Positions 19,558 through 28,557 of a stretch of DNA of 38,745 bases are shown in pieces. The DNA is taken from the NCBI GenBank assembly GCA_017424105.1, contig JAFPBK010000083.1:1-38745 (forward strand), written 5' to 3'. The notes under the pieces were generated by a model. It was not told the DNA's origin. It saw only the letters and a program-made list of their open reading frames with translations, and did not search any database. Source of the stretch: Kiritimatiellia bacterium (GTDB lineage Bacteria > Verrucomicrobiota > Kiritimatiellia > RFP12 > UBA3636). Each line of letters opens with the position of its first letter. Position 1 is the first letter of the stretch. Position numbers and translations under genes: made by a program.

Positions 19558-20439
19558 TTAAATTCTAGGGATTGATGGTGCAGCACCTGCTTTGCTGACA
19601 CAAATTGCAGAAGCACGTGTAGCTAACTGCATTGCTGATTGCACTGTGGCTCCAGATGCAATCTGTGCAAGAAAATATCCTATGAATGTATCGCCTGCTG
19701 CTGTTGTATCAACAGCCACAACCTTCTGTGCAGGCTCAAAATGCTGAGTACCATCAACACCAGCATATACACTGCCACGAGAGCCAAGTGTTAATAAAAT
19801 ATTTGTTGTCGGATAGCTCTGCTTTAGCTTTGCTAATAGTGGCTCATAATCATCGCTGTCACTGGCACCAACTAATTCTGCTGCCTCAACCTCATTAACA
19901 ACCAAAACATCTATTGATTGCAAATCTAATTTACAAATTGATTTATCCATCGGTGCAGGATTAAAAACGACCTTTAACCCCTTCTCTGCTGCAAGAGCAA
20001 TTATCTCAGCGATTGCTGATGTTTCATTCTGCAAAAGCAAATAATCCCCTGGTTCAAAGCCCAAATCTGATATAGCGGCAGCCACATCGCTGGCAGTAAC
20101 ACAACGATTTGCACCACCCTCAATCAAGATGCAATTCTGCCCTTCTGTATTAACCTGAATAATTGCATGGCCTGTAGGTCCATCTACTTGCGTAAGATGA
20201 GAAATTCCAGCACTTTCATTTGCCAAAAAATCAACAAGCCATGTTCCATCTGCACCTACATGTCCGACATGATGTACCGTTGCACCTGCACGTGCTAATG
20301 CAATGCTCTGATTAAGTCCCTTGCCACCAGGATAACGAGCATAGCCAGTAGAAGATAATGTTTCACCTGGCTGCACAAAGTGTGGTACTTGATAAACATA
20401 ATCAATATTCAGAGAACCAACGTTAAGTATCTTTTTCAT
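19558..20439 (-). CDS. rbsK: ribokinase (PfkB family)
   Basis: GSLNID, PGGKGLNQ, NPAP, VNEVE, VDTTAAGDTF. Confidence 0.9.
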   Translation of the reverse strand: MKKILNVGSLNIDYVYQVPHFVQPGETLSSTGYARYPGGKGLNQSIALARAGATVHHVGHVGADGTWLVDFLANESAGISHLTQVDGPTGHAIIQVNTEGQNCILIEGGANRCVTASDVAAAISDLGFEPGDYLLLQNETSAIAEIIALAAEKGLKVVFNPAPMDKSICKLDLQSIDVLVVNEVEAAELVGASDSDDYEPLLAKLKQSYPTTNILLTLGSRGSVYAGVDGTQHFEPAQKVVAVDTTAAGDTFIGYFLAQIASGATVQSAMQLATRASAICVSKAGAAPSIPRI

Positions 20440-20465
20440 TATCGGACTTTTCTCTTTGCTAATGG

Positions 20466-21650
20466 TTATTCAACGTGGCAGAGTACACCCTTCAAATATA
20501 GTCCCTCAGGGAAGGACATTGCCACAGGGTGATCAGGTGCCTGCATAAATCTGCGCTCCATACGCACTACACGCTTTGAATCAAGTGCTGCATCAGCCAC
20601 AACCTTTTGGAAAAGCTCTGGCATTACACTGCCTGAGCAAGAATATGTGGCAAGGTAGCCTCCTGGACGGAGAAGCTTAAATGCAAGTAAATTGATATCT
20701 TTATAAGCTCTGCATGCACGCTCAACATGCCCCTTGGAGTCTGCAAACTTTGGTGGATCGAGAATTATTATATCGAAGGTGCGTCTTGAATCGCGGAATT
20801 TTCTCAATGCAGCAAACACATCCGCACACTGCACTTCAAGCTTTGCTTCATCAAAGCCATTAAGAGCAACATTTCTCTTAACATTTTCAATTGCTTCCTC
20901 AGAGGAATCAATTGAGCAAATTGATTTTGCACCACCCTTTAATGCATAGAGAGTAAAGCCTCCATTATAACAGAAAGTATCTAATACATCGGCACCATTA
21001 CAAATTGCACCGACCTCCTGCCAATTATCTACCTGATCAAGATAGCAGCCAGTTTTTTGTCCTTTTTCAACATCAACTAACCAGCGTACTCCATCAACAG
21101 AAACCTCAACTAATGGAGAATTGAAATTTTGTGTCAGAGGACCTGTGCGCTCCTCTAAGCCTTCTAATGCACGGGTAGGAGTATCTGAGCGCTCATATAA
21201 GCTACATTCAGGGAAAAGCTCTTGAAATGCTTCTGTTAATTCCTTGCGCATTGCTTCAAAGCCAGCGGAAAGAATCTGAATAGAAATAACATTAACAAAA
21301 CGATCTGCAATCAAACCTGGCAAACCATCTGACTCACCATGAAGGATACGCACAGCATTATGTGTGGCAGAGTCCCAACGATTAGCACGCATTGCCCATG
21401 CAGCAGAAATACGATTTTTCAAAAATGTTTTATCTATTGTCTCTGCCTTATCAAAGGTAAGAATGCGCACTACCAATTGAGCATTAGGAGAATAGAAGCC
21501 ACGACCTAGAAATTCACCTGTACTTGTAACTACATCTACCACAGTACCGGCAGCTACTCCTTGTGGAAAGCGAGCTACAGCTCCGGAAAACACCCATGGA
21601 TGCTTACGAAGCAATGATTTTTCTTTACCCTTTTTAAGTACAATATTCAT
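20466..21650 (-). CDS. rlmI: 23S rRNA m5C1962 methyltransferase (PUA + SAM)
   Basis: HPWVFSG, GESDGLPG, GQKTG.YLDQ, LDPPKF, DHP..FPEG.YLK. Confidence 0.9.
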   Translation of the reverse strand: MNIVLKKGKEKSLLRKHPWVFSGAVARFPQGVAAGTVVDVVTSTGEFLGRGFYSPNAQLVVRILTFDKAETIDKTFLKNRISAAWAMRANRWDSATHNAVRILHGESDGLPGLIADRFVNVISIQILSAGFEAMRKELTEAFQELFPECSLYERSDTPTRALEGLEERTGPLTQNFNSPLVEVSVDGVRWLVDVEKGQKTGCYLDQVDNWQEVGAICNGADVLDTFCYNGGFTLYALKGGAKSICSIDSSEEAIENVKRNVALNGFDEAKLEVQCADVFAALRKFRDSRRTFDIIILDPPKFADSKGHVERACRAYKDINLLAFKLLRPGGYLATYSCSGSVMPELFQKVVADAALDSKRVVRMERRFMQAPDHPVAMSFPEGLYLKGVLCHVE

Positions 21651-21697
21651 AGTAATAAATCAAATTTTAAAGATTAAACGCAGCAGACTCATTTACA

Positions 21698-22879
21698 TTA
21701 AAAGCCAAATCCCTTTGTCATTTGCAACAATGGCAACAATACAGCAATTGCAATCAGGAATACAAAGCCGCCAATTGCGACGAGCATAATTGGTTCAAGT
21801 AACGCAAGTCTTACAGACATATATTTTTCCCACATACGGCGAGCCTTGCTTGCTGCAACCTCCAGCATCTGTGGAAGACAGCCACCTGTCTCACCGACAC
21901 GAGCCCAGCCAGTGAGCTCTGTACGTAGTACAGGCACAGCATCAATTGCATCGGACACAGCAACACCATTACGAACACGCTCTGTCTGCTCTAAAACCAG
22001 CTTTTTGAGCCAACGATTACCTGTACCTTCACCAGCAATAGGCAAAGCATTAACGATTGGCATACCTGCCTCAGAAAGCACAGAAAGAATTGAAGCAAAG
22101 CGCATACTTACAAGACCTGCCATTGCTGCTCCTCCTAAGTGAAGCAACACAAATCTATCAAATCGCTCTGCAAATTCTAAATTATTCTTAGCATAAGCTT
22201 TAGCAGAGAACCATGCCACAAGTGCACCAACAAATAGTGATGCAGAACCAATCACAAGAACCTTTGCCAGCACAATCACTACTTTGCTTAGCATTGGAAG
22301 TTCTGCTCCGGAATTTGAAAGCATATTAAGGGTGTGAGGAACAACAAAACCAAGCATCACTACACCGATAATAAAACCAAGTGCTAAAACAAAGCTTGGA
22401 TAAATCAAAGCTGAGCGAAGTTTATCTCGCACTGCCTCCATCGCCTCAATAAATTCAGCTGCCTTTGAACAAAGCTCAGGAAGCTTTCCAGCCTTTTCTG
22501 CAGCTGATAGTGCAGCCAATTCAAAACTGGAGACACTGCCACAATATTCACCTATGGCAGCAGATAAATCAACGCCCTCGCGAACTCGTTGTAGCACACC
22601 TGTAAGAAGCTTTGCTGCAGATGCACCTTCTGATTTAATTAAAAGTTCAAGAGCAGCATCTAGCTGTATACCTGCAGAAAGAAGAGCGCTCAGCTCGCGA
22701 TAAATTGCAGCACGTGCAGCTGGAGAAAGCTGACCTGTAAGCTTTGCAGTGCTCACTTGCTCAGCAACAATACCCTTCTCCATCAATAAACGAAGTGCAT
22801 GCTTTTCTGAGCTTGCATCAATTGACCCAGAGCAAGCTTCGCCTGTAGCAGTATACCCCTTATATTCGTACATTGGCAT
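21698..22879 (-). CDS. type II secretion F / PilC family inner-membrane platform protein
   Basis: MPMYEYKG start, two T2SSF repeats (LLSAGI..AL; ALIYP; VGETGG.L; LLEP). Confidence 0.9.
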   Translation of the reverse strand: MPMYEYKGYTATGEACSGSIDASSEKHALRLLMEKGIVAEQVSTAKLTGQLSPAARAAIYRELSALLSAGIQLDAALELLIKSEGASAAKLLTGVLQRVREGVDLSAAIGEYCGSVSSFELAALSAAEKAGKLPELCSKAAEFIEAMEAVRDKLRSALIYPSFVLALGFIIGVVMLGFVVPHTLNMLSNSGAELPMLSKVVIVLAKVLVIGSASLFVGALVAWFSAKAYAKNNLEFAERFDRFVLLHLGGAAMAGLVSMRFASILSVLSEAGMPIVNALPIAGEGTGNRWLKKLVLEQTERVRNGVAVSDAIDAVPVLRTELTGWARVGETGGCLPQMLEVAASKARRMWEKYMSVRLALLEPIMLVAIGGFVFLIAIAVLLPLLQMTKGFGF

Positions 22880-22912
22880 CGCTTCCCCCAGAATAAGATT
22901 TTACAAAAATGC

Positions 22913-23470
22913 TTAGCAAATAAGCATTCCTTCTGCTACTGCACTAGCGACCTTATGGCCCTGCAATAGTTCAAGAATTAAAATAGCAAACATAAGTGCT
23001 GTAGCTGGACCTTGAGATGTAATGATATTTCCATCTACAAGTACTTTATCTACAGAAGAATACTTTGCCTCTGGCATTCTTTCCTCTAAGCCAGGATAGC
23101 AAGTAACACGCTTACCATTCAATACACCAGCCTCATATAAAGCAACTGGTGAAGCACAAATTGCTGCAACAAATTTATTTTTATTTGAAGCAAAGCGAGA
23201 AATTGTATTTTGTACGCGCATATCCTCGCAAAATGCTTCCATACCACCCATTCCACCTGGAAGAATAATTATGTCAGCATCCTCAACTGCTTCCTCGTTC
23301 CACATTTCGTCAGCGACAAGACCAACGCCACGAGAGCCCTCTACGTCAAGTCCTGCATCTTCATCAATAGATAGAGCAATTACCTCTACTCCGCCACGGC
23401 GAAGCACATCAATAATTGTTACTGTTTCTAGCTCTTCTACACCGCTTACTACTGGAACAATTGCTTTCAT
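22913..23470 (-). CDS. DJ-1/YajL (ThiJ/PfpI) family protein
   Basis: GVEELE, DVLRRG, LPGG, AAICASP, TCYP, TSQGP. Confidence 0.92.
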   Translation of the reverse strand: MKAIVPVVSGVEELETVTIIDVLRRGGVEVIALSIDEDAGLDVEGSRGVGLVADEMWNEEAVEDADIIILPGGMGGMEAFCEDMRVQNTISRFASNKNKFVAAICASPVALYEAGVLNGKRVTCYPGLEERMPEAKYSSVDKVLVDGNIITSQGPATALMFAILILELLQGHKVASAVAEGMLIC

Positions 23471-23565
23471 AAATTTTCCTTTGCAAAAATGATTTTATTA
23501 TAGCACACCTACTCGCCATGCAAGTTTTATACTAATTTAACCAAGGTATGCTATTACAAAATATA

Positions 23566-24231
23566 TTATTTAGAAATTCCTAATAAATCAAGAAGCTTTG
23601 AATCTAGATTATATAATTTTGTTCCACGAAGGATGGAACGTGGGCTTCTGGAATATGTAAACACAAATTTTGTTTCAGGAGGAACGCGTCCATTAAGGTT
23701 GATATCAAAATAAACCTTTTCTCCCTTTTCAAATTCACGTGATAAAAGCTCGCGCTTAATCGCTTCATCAGTGAATGAAGTAGGTTTGATATCGCATTCA
23801 ACTTCAAAATTTGTTGTCAAATTAACATTATCTACACCATAGCGAGTATTAACACGATTAAGTGATTTAGCAATGTTTGTTTGAAGCTTAAAGTTGAAAG
23901 ATTTTCCTGGCAAATTATTTTTGTACTCTTCTTCTGTGCGTACTGTAAATACGCCAGTAATACGATTAGCAATAGCATTTGCCTCAACCTCTGTAAGTTC
24001 TGAGCAACGCATTCTTACGGACATACCTTCAGAACGGAAACGAACCTCATTAAACAAACGTTGATTTGACCCCTCGTGAACACCAGCACTGGTTGTAATA
24101 ATTGCATTAGGACGAGTCATTGCATTATATTGGCTGTCATAGAAATTTATCATCCACTCGATAATAAATGGAATGAGAGCCAATACAACAATATAAATTA
24201 ATATTTTTAATATTAGTTTAATAATTCTCAC
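23566..24231 (-). CDS. hypothetical protein with N-terminal membrane anchor
   Basis: Hydrophobic aa 3-30, then a soluble domain; start overlaps the upstream kinase stop. Confidence 0.75.
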   Translation of the reverse strand: MRIIKLILKILIYIVVLALIPFIIEWMINFYDSQYNAMTRPNAIITTSAGVHEGSNQRLFNEVRFRSEGMSVRMRCSELTEVEANAIANRITGVFTVRTEEEYKNNLPGKSFNFKLQTNIAKSLNRVNTRYGVDNVNLTTNFEVECDIKPTSFTDEAIKRELLSREFEKGEKVYFDINLNGRVPPETKFVFTYSRSPRSILRGTKLYNLDSKLLDLLGISK

Positions 24232-25334
24232 CGCATCACCCTACCAGAAGCATTGCCATTCATAAGAGAAGTTACCTCGCTAACAGAAACGCGGTTATAA
24301 TCACCATAAATTGAATGCTTTAAGCAGCTTGCTGCAACAGCAAATGCGAGGGCTTTTTGTGGCTCAGAATACTCTGTTGTATTCAGTGCATAAATCAAGC
24401 CAGCAGAGAAAGAGTCGCCACCACCAATTCTATCAAGAATATTTTCAATTCTGTATGAGCAATAGCTGCCATCTGGAGCAAGCGGTGCTAGGTATGATTT
24501 TGCTTCAGCAACATCATATAGCATTGCGCCCCAATTATTGTGATCAGCAGAATAGCTTTCACGTAGAGTGATAGCAATCTTAGATGCTTTAGGGAAGCGA
24601 GCTGCCAAAGCCTGAGCAACCTCTGTATAAGCTGCAATATTTAGCTGACCTGCCTCAACAGAAGTACCGCTTGCTGAAATACCAAACACATCAGAAGCAT
24701 CCTCTTCATTACCTACAATCACATCTACATAAGGAACAATCTGTCCCATGCATTCAGCTGCAAGAGCCTTTGGAGCAGTACCCTCACGCCACTTCCAAAG
24801 CTTTTTGCGGAAGTTCAAATCGCATGAGATTTTAATACCCTTCTCAGCTGCAAGCTTTGTTATAGCCAAAGTTGATTTGAAAGCAGCCTCTGAAAGAGAT
24901 GGTGTGATACCTGTAATATGTAACCAAGTTACGCCAGCAAGCATTGCTTCAAAGTCATAATCCTCTGGCTCTGCTAATGAAATTGATGAATAAGCGCGAT
25001 CATAAACAACTGATGAACCACGCTGATTTGCACCTGTCTCAGCAAAATAAATACCTAGGCGGCCTTTAGATGTTTTAAGGATTTTTGTGGTATCAACGCC
25101 TAGTCCACGCATTTCGCATAGCATTGCATCAACAATAGCATTTGAAGGGAGTGCTGTGAGGTATCTAGTTTGCAAACCAAACTGAGCAATACTTGCACAA
25201 ACATTTGCTTCACCGCCACCGAAAATAGCTTGTAGAGTTCCTGGCATAGCCTGAGCAAAGCGTAGGCTACCAGACGGAGATAAACGAAGCATTACTTCAC
25301 CAAAACCAGCAATACAAATTGGAGCTTTATCCAT
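24228..25334 (-). CDS. kdgK: 2-dehydro-3-deoxygluconokinase-like PfkB sugar kinase
   Basis: FGEVMLRLSP, GGGEANV, YDR, HITGITP, DLNFR.KLW, DRIGGGDSF. Confidence 0.85.
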   Translation of the reverse strand: MDKAPICIAGFGEVMLRLSPSGSLRFAQAMPGTLQAIFGGGEANVCASIAQFGLQTRYLTALPSNAIVDAMLCEMRGLGVDTTKILKTSKGRLGIYFAETGANQRGSSVVYDRAYSSISLAEPEDYDFEAMLAGVTWLHITGITPSLSEAAFKSTLAITKLAAEKGIKISCDLNFRKKLWKWREGTAPKALAAECMGQIVPYVDVIVGNEEDASDVFGISASGTSVEAGQLNIAAYTEVAQALAARFPKASKIAITLRESYSADHNNWGAMLYDVAEAKSYLAPLAPDGSYCSYRIENILDRIGGGDSFSAGLIYALNTTEYSEPQKALAFAVAASCLKHSIYGDYNRVSVSEVTSLMNGNASGRVMR

Positions 25335-25369
25335 ATGCGATACCTTTCACTGCACTACTACAAAAAAAA

Positions 25370-25461
25370 TGGCGGAGAGGGGGGGATTTGAACCCCCGGT
25401 ACAGAATTAACTGTACGACGAATTAGCAATCCGCTGCCTTCAGCCACTCAGCCACCTCTCC
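25370..25461 (-). tRNA. tRNA-Ser(GCT)
   Basis: Anticodon loop TTGCTAA, long variable arm, GGGGG-TTCAAAT-CCCCC T arm, CCA. Confidence 0.96.
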
Positions 25462-25499
25462 GCAAAGCATAATCTTTTATATGCATTTGATATTTGCGT

Positions 25500-25528
25500 A
25501 TAATACCTTATTATTTGCTCAGATTCAA
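25500..25528 (-). promoter_or_regulatory. sigma70-type promoter of tRNA-Ser(GCT)
   Basis: TTGAAT-17-TATTAT. Confidence 0.6.
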
Positions 25529-25604
25529 GCAAAAAAACACAAATTTCGCTTAATTTTCCTTAAAATGTTGCTTTCCATTTTAAATAAAGCTATTGAAGTT
25601 AGCG

Positions 25605-25984
25605 TGCCTAAGGCATATGAAGCATTGCAAAGCAATATATGTGGTGAGATTAAATAAAGTTTCAGCAAGGCGAGGACGCCATGCTGCCCAGTTATTCTGT
25701 AAGACGGAGACGTCTTACAGCCCAGTTAACGTGTAGGACGGGGACGTCCTACACCCCAGAACTATGCGCTACCTAATACAGGTTAATCCTGAAAAATCAT
25801 CTTGGTGCACAGCCAGGACGACGCCTGGCTGCTCCGAGATAATTGAATCACGAACACCACACATGCACAGCACCTAGCCATCACGCAAACCACCACACGC
25901 ACGCAACATCCGACAAAATCAAAACAAAATTATTGTCATTCCTGTCAAAAAATTCGCACTTTTAGCCATCACGCTTACGTACGC
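25605..25984 (+). repeat. dispersed modular element, copy 2 (type-2 tail)
   Basis: Core 25656-25759; tail shared with copy 3. Confidence 0.92.
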
Positions 25985-25997
25985 AAGACAGCGTGCA

Positions 25998-26939
25998 CTA
26001 GAATGATATTATGTTTTCGCGGTGCATACTATAAAAGCCCGGCGAATATACCTCTGGATCACCTACAACCACATGATCGATTACTGGAATTGACAATTGC
26101 AATCCAGCAGCAACAAGCTCTTTGGTTATCTCTATATCCTTGCGGGATGGACGTGCATCGCCAGAAGGATGATTGTGTGCCAAAATTACTAATGCTGCAG
26201 AATAACGTATTGCCTCACGAAATACCTCGCGAGGATGTACAAGTGACGAATCAAGAGTTCCAGAAGAAATCTCAATCGGCTGCTGTGTGCAGAGTCGGCA
26301 TCGCTTATCTAATGGAAAAACAAAAAAGCTCTCCGTTTGCGATAATGCTTTGATTCGTCTCACCTTTTGCGCGACAAGCTCCGGATCGTCAAATACACTG
26401 CGCTTATCTACATCACCTAGCATGACGCGTCGCGACAACTCAAGCATAGCAGCAAGCTCTATTGCCTTTACCTGCCCTATACCTCCATAGCTTTTGAGCT
26501 CCTCTACTCCGGCATTCATCAGCTGTGGGAGCGAACCAAATGAATCTAACAGTTGGTGAGCAAGCATAAGCACATTCTTTCCTTGCGAACCTGTGCGCAG
26601 CATTATTGCAAGGAGCTCTTCATCTAACAGAGCTTTTGCGCCAAATTTTGCCAAGCGCTCGCGTGGACGAAAATTCTCTGGCAGCGTTGATAGTGCTTGC
26701 GATTTTTCTTGATTGTCATCCACACAATTTTCTACACCATAAACTGCATTTTCTGTAGCATCCGCAACAGTCTTAACAGAACTGGACGCTGCCACAAATG
26801 GTGCTTCTCGTTTAACTAATTGGTGGGATTTTCTTGAATGGGGAGCAATATCACAAATGGATACTTTTTGCTCACAACCATCATACTTTAACCTCAGCTG
26901 GGCCATATTCATTCCAAACCTCCATGATCTTATCTGCAA
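25998..26939 (-). CDS. radC: RadC/JAB domain protein (start uncertain)
   Basis: RPRERL, ELLAIMLRTG, GIGQVKA, VHPREVF, HNHPSGD.RPS..D, DHVV. Confidence 0.92.
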   Translation of the reverse strand: MQIRSWRFGMNMAQLRLKYDGCEQKVSICDIAPHSRKSHQLVKREAPFVAASSSVKTVADATENAVYGVENCVDDNQEKSQALSTLPENFRPRERLAKFGAKALLDEELLAIMLRTGSQGKNVLMLAHQLLDSFGSLPQLMNAGVEELKSYGGIGQVKAIELAAMLELSRRVMLGDVDKRSVFDDPELVAQKVRRIKALSQTESFFVFPLDKRCRLCTQQPIEISSGTLDSSLVHPREVFREAIRYSAALVILAHNHPSGDARPSRKDIEITKELVAAGLQLSIPVIDHVVVGDPEVYSPGFYSMHRENIISF

Positions 26940-27843
26940 CTCTACTTACTTCTATAGCCGTATTGGGCGCTGACACCCATTTTACATTATTCTGATTACG
27001 GAACCACGTACGCTGACGCTTTGCCAGCTGACGAGTTCTTACAATTGTTCGCTCAATTGCTTCCTCTACTGAGCACTTTCCATCAAGAGCATCCTGTGCT
27101 TCTTGATAGCCAATGCCTGAGCCTGCAGTAGAAGAAAAATTCGGATATTGCTCGCGGAGGAGCTTTACTTCATCAAGCAAACCGCCTGTAAACATTTCGC
27201 GGGCACGCTTTTCAATGCGTAATTTTAAGAGCTCTGGCTCCGCCCAGAGTCCTGCAATTGCTGGTTGATTGTTTGCTGTCAGCTTTTCCTCAGAGGCAAG
27301 ATGCGCTGCATAGCTACGCACAGCATCCACTCCTTTTGCTTCAAGCATTTCAATCATACGAATCACGCGGCGAGGATTCTCTTTGTCTGCCATTGCTTCC
27401 AAAACCTCAGGCACAGCAGAAAGACGCTGCCACAAGACCTCAATTCCTCCAGCAGCATATTCTGCATTCAGTTTTGCCCGAAGTTCCTCATTCTCTGCAC
27501 CGGGTGCATCAATACCTTTAAGTAATGCGCTGATATATAAGCCTGTGCCACCAGCAACAATTACACTGCGCCCCTGTGCCTCTGCCTCAGCAAAGGCTGC
27601 TCGTGCTGCATCTAACCATTTTCCTGTGCTAAATGGAGCATCTGGAGCAACTATATCGGCACCACGAAAATCAATTCCAACAAGCTCTTCAGCTGTTGGT
27701 TTTGCTGTGCCTATATTCATTCCTTTATAGACAAGCATGGAATCAGCTGATATGAGTATGCTGCCTGTGCGGCGAGCTAGCTCATTAGCTGTAGCAGTTT
27801 TTCCTGTTGCGGTAGGACCGACTAATATCCATGCTTTTGCCAT
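26881..27843 (-). CDS. miaA: tRNA dimethylallyltransferase
   Basis: GPTATGKT, ADSMLVYKGMNIGTAKP, GGTGLY, NPRRVIR, AKRQRTWF. Confidence 0.96.
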   Translation of the reverse strand: MAKAWILVGPTATGKTATANELARRTGSILISADSMLVYKGMNIGTAKPTAEELVGIDFRGADIVAPDAPFSTGKWLDAARAAFAEAEAQGRSVIVAGGTGLYISALLKGIDAPGAENEELRAKLNAEYAAGGIEVLWQRLSAVPEVLEAMADKENPRRVIRMIEMLEAKGVDAVRSYAAHLASEEKLTANNQPAIAGLWAEPELLKLRIEKRAREMFTGGLLDEVKLLREQYPNFSSTAGSGIGYQEAQDALDGKCSVEEAIERTIVRTRQLAKRQRTWFRNQNNVKWVSAPNTAIEVSRVADKIMEVWNEYGPAEVKV

Positions 27844-27845
27844 AA

Positions 27846-28487
27846 TTATAAACTCTCGTCTGTATATTTTGATAAATCATCCAGTACAACATCTGCCAAA
27901 GAAACATCATGCTTGGGGTGATTTGGCAGAACGATTGCGACACAACGCATTCCTGCACGCTTTGCAGCTGTTACGCCTGGACAAGAATCCTCAAAAACAA
28001 CACAATCCTCAGGAGGGAGCCCCAGCTTTTCTGCAGCTAAAAGAAATGCGCTTGGATCTGGTTTACCAACTGGGTAATCCTCACAGCCAACATAAAATGA
28101 AACACAATCCTCAATACCCATATATTCAAGGCCTGCAGCAATTGTTGCACGAGGAGAACCCGACGCAATACATACTGGTGCTGTCTTTGACAAGCGCTTT
28201 AATAGTTCAATTGAACCATGAATACGGATATCGCTACTTTGCTTGATTTCATCAAAATACTTACGTGCCTCAGAATATAGAGCAGGTATAGCATCCTCAC
28301 TTACATTCAGATGCGCTGCAATATCTTGATATACCTCAATTGTTGAGCGCCCGCAAGCCAGTTCAACAGCAGCCTCGTGCGAAATAGGTGCGCCATGAAC
28401 ACTGAGTAGCTTCTCTGTTACTTCTACCCATACAAGCTCTGTGTCAAGTAGCGTTCCATCTAAATCAAATATATATCCTTTTGCCAT
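27846..28487 (-). CDS. HAD family phosphatase (subfamily IA)
   Basis: FDLDGTL, KPDP, FEDS..G..AA..AGM. Confidence 0.92.
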   Translation of the reverse strand: MAKGYIFDLDGTLLDTELVWVEVTEKLLSVHGAPISHEAAVELACGRSTIEVYQDIAAHLNVSEDAIPALYSEARKYFDEIKQSSDIRIHGSIELLKRLSKTAPVCIASGSPRATIAAGLEYMGIEDCVSFYVGCEDYPVGKPDPSAFLLAAEKLGLPPEDCVVFEDSCPGVTAAKRAGMRCVAIVLPNHPKHDVSLADVVLDDLSKYTDESL

Positions 28488-28557
28488 TCTTTCAACTTTC
28501 TAAATCTATGTGTAAAAATCAACTCTCTAAAATAACTTGGTAGGAATATCAAAGCAA

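Noticed and set aside
23500-23525. sigma54 site upstream of the DJ-1 gene
   Set aside because: GG-to-GC spacing is one base too long; better read as an extended -10 (TGcTATAAT).
25370-26939. Genomic island at tRNA-Ser marked by radC
   Set aside because: No integrase and no duplicated tRNA 3' end seen; radC is full-length and follows housekeeping miaA.
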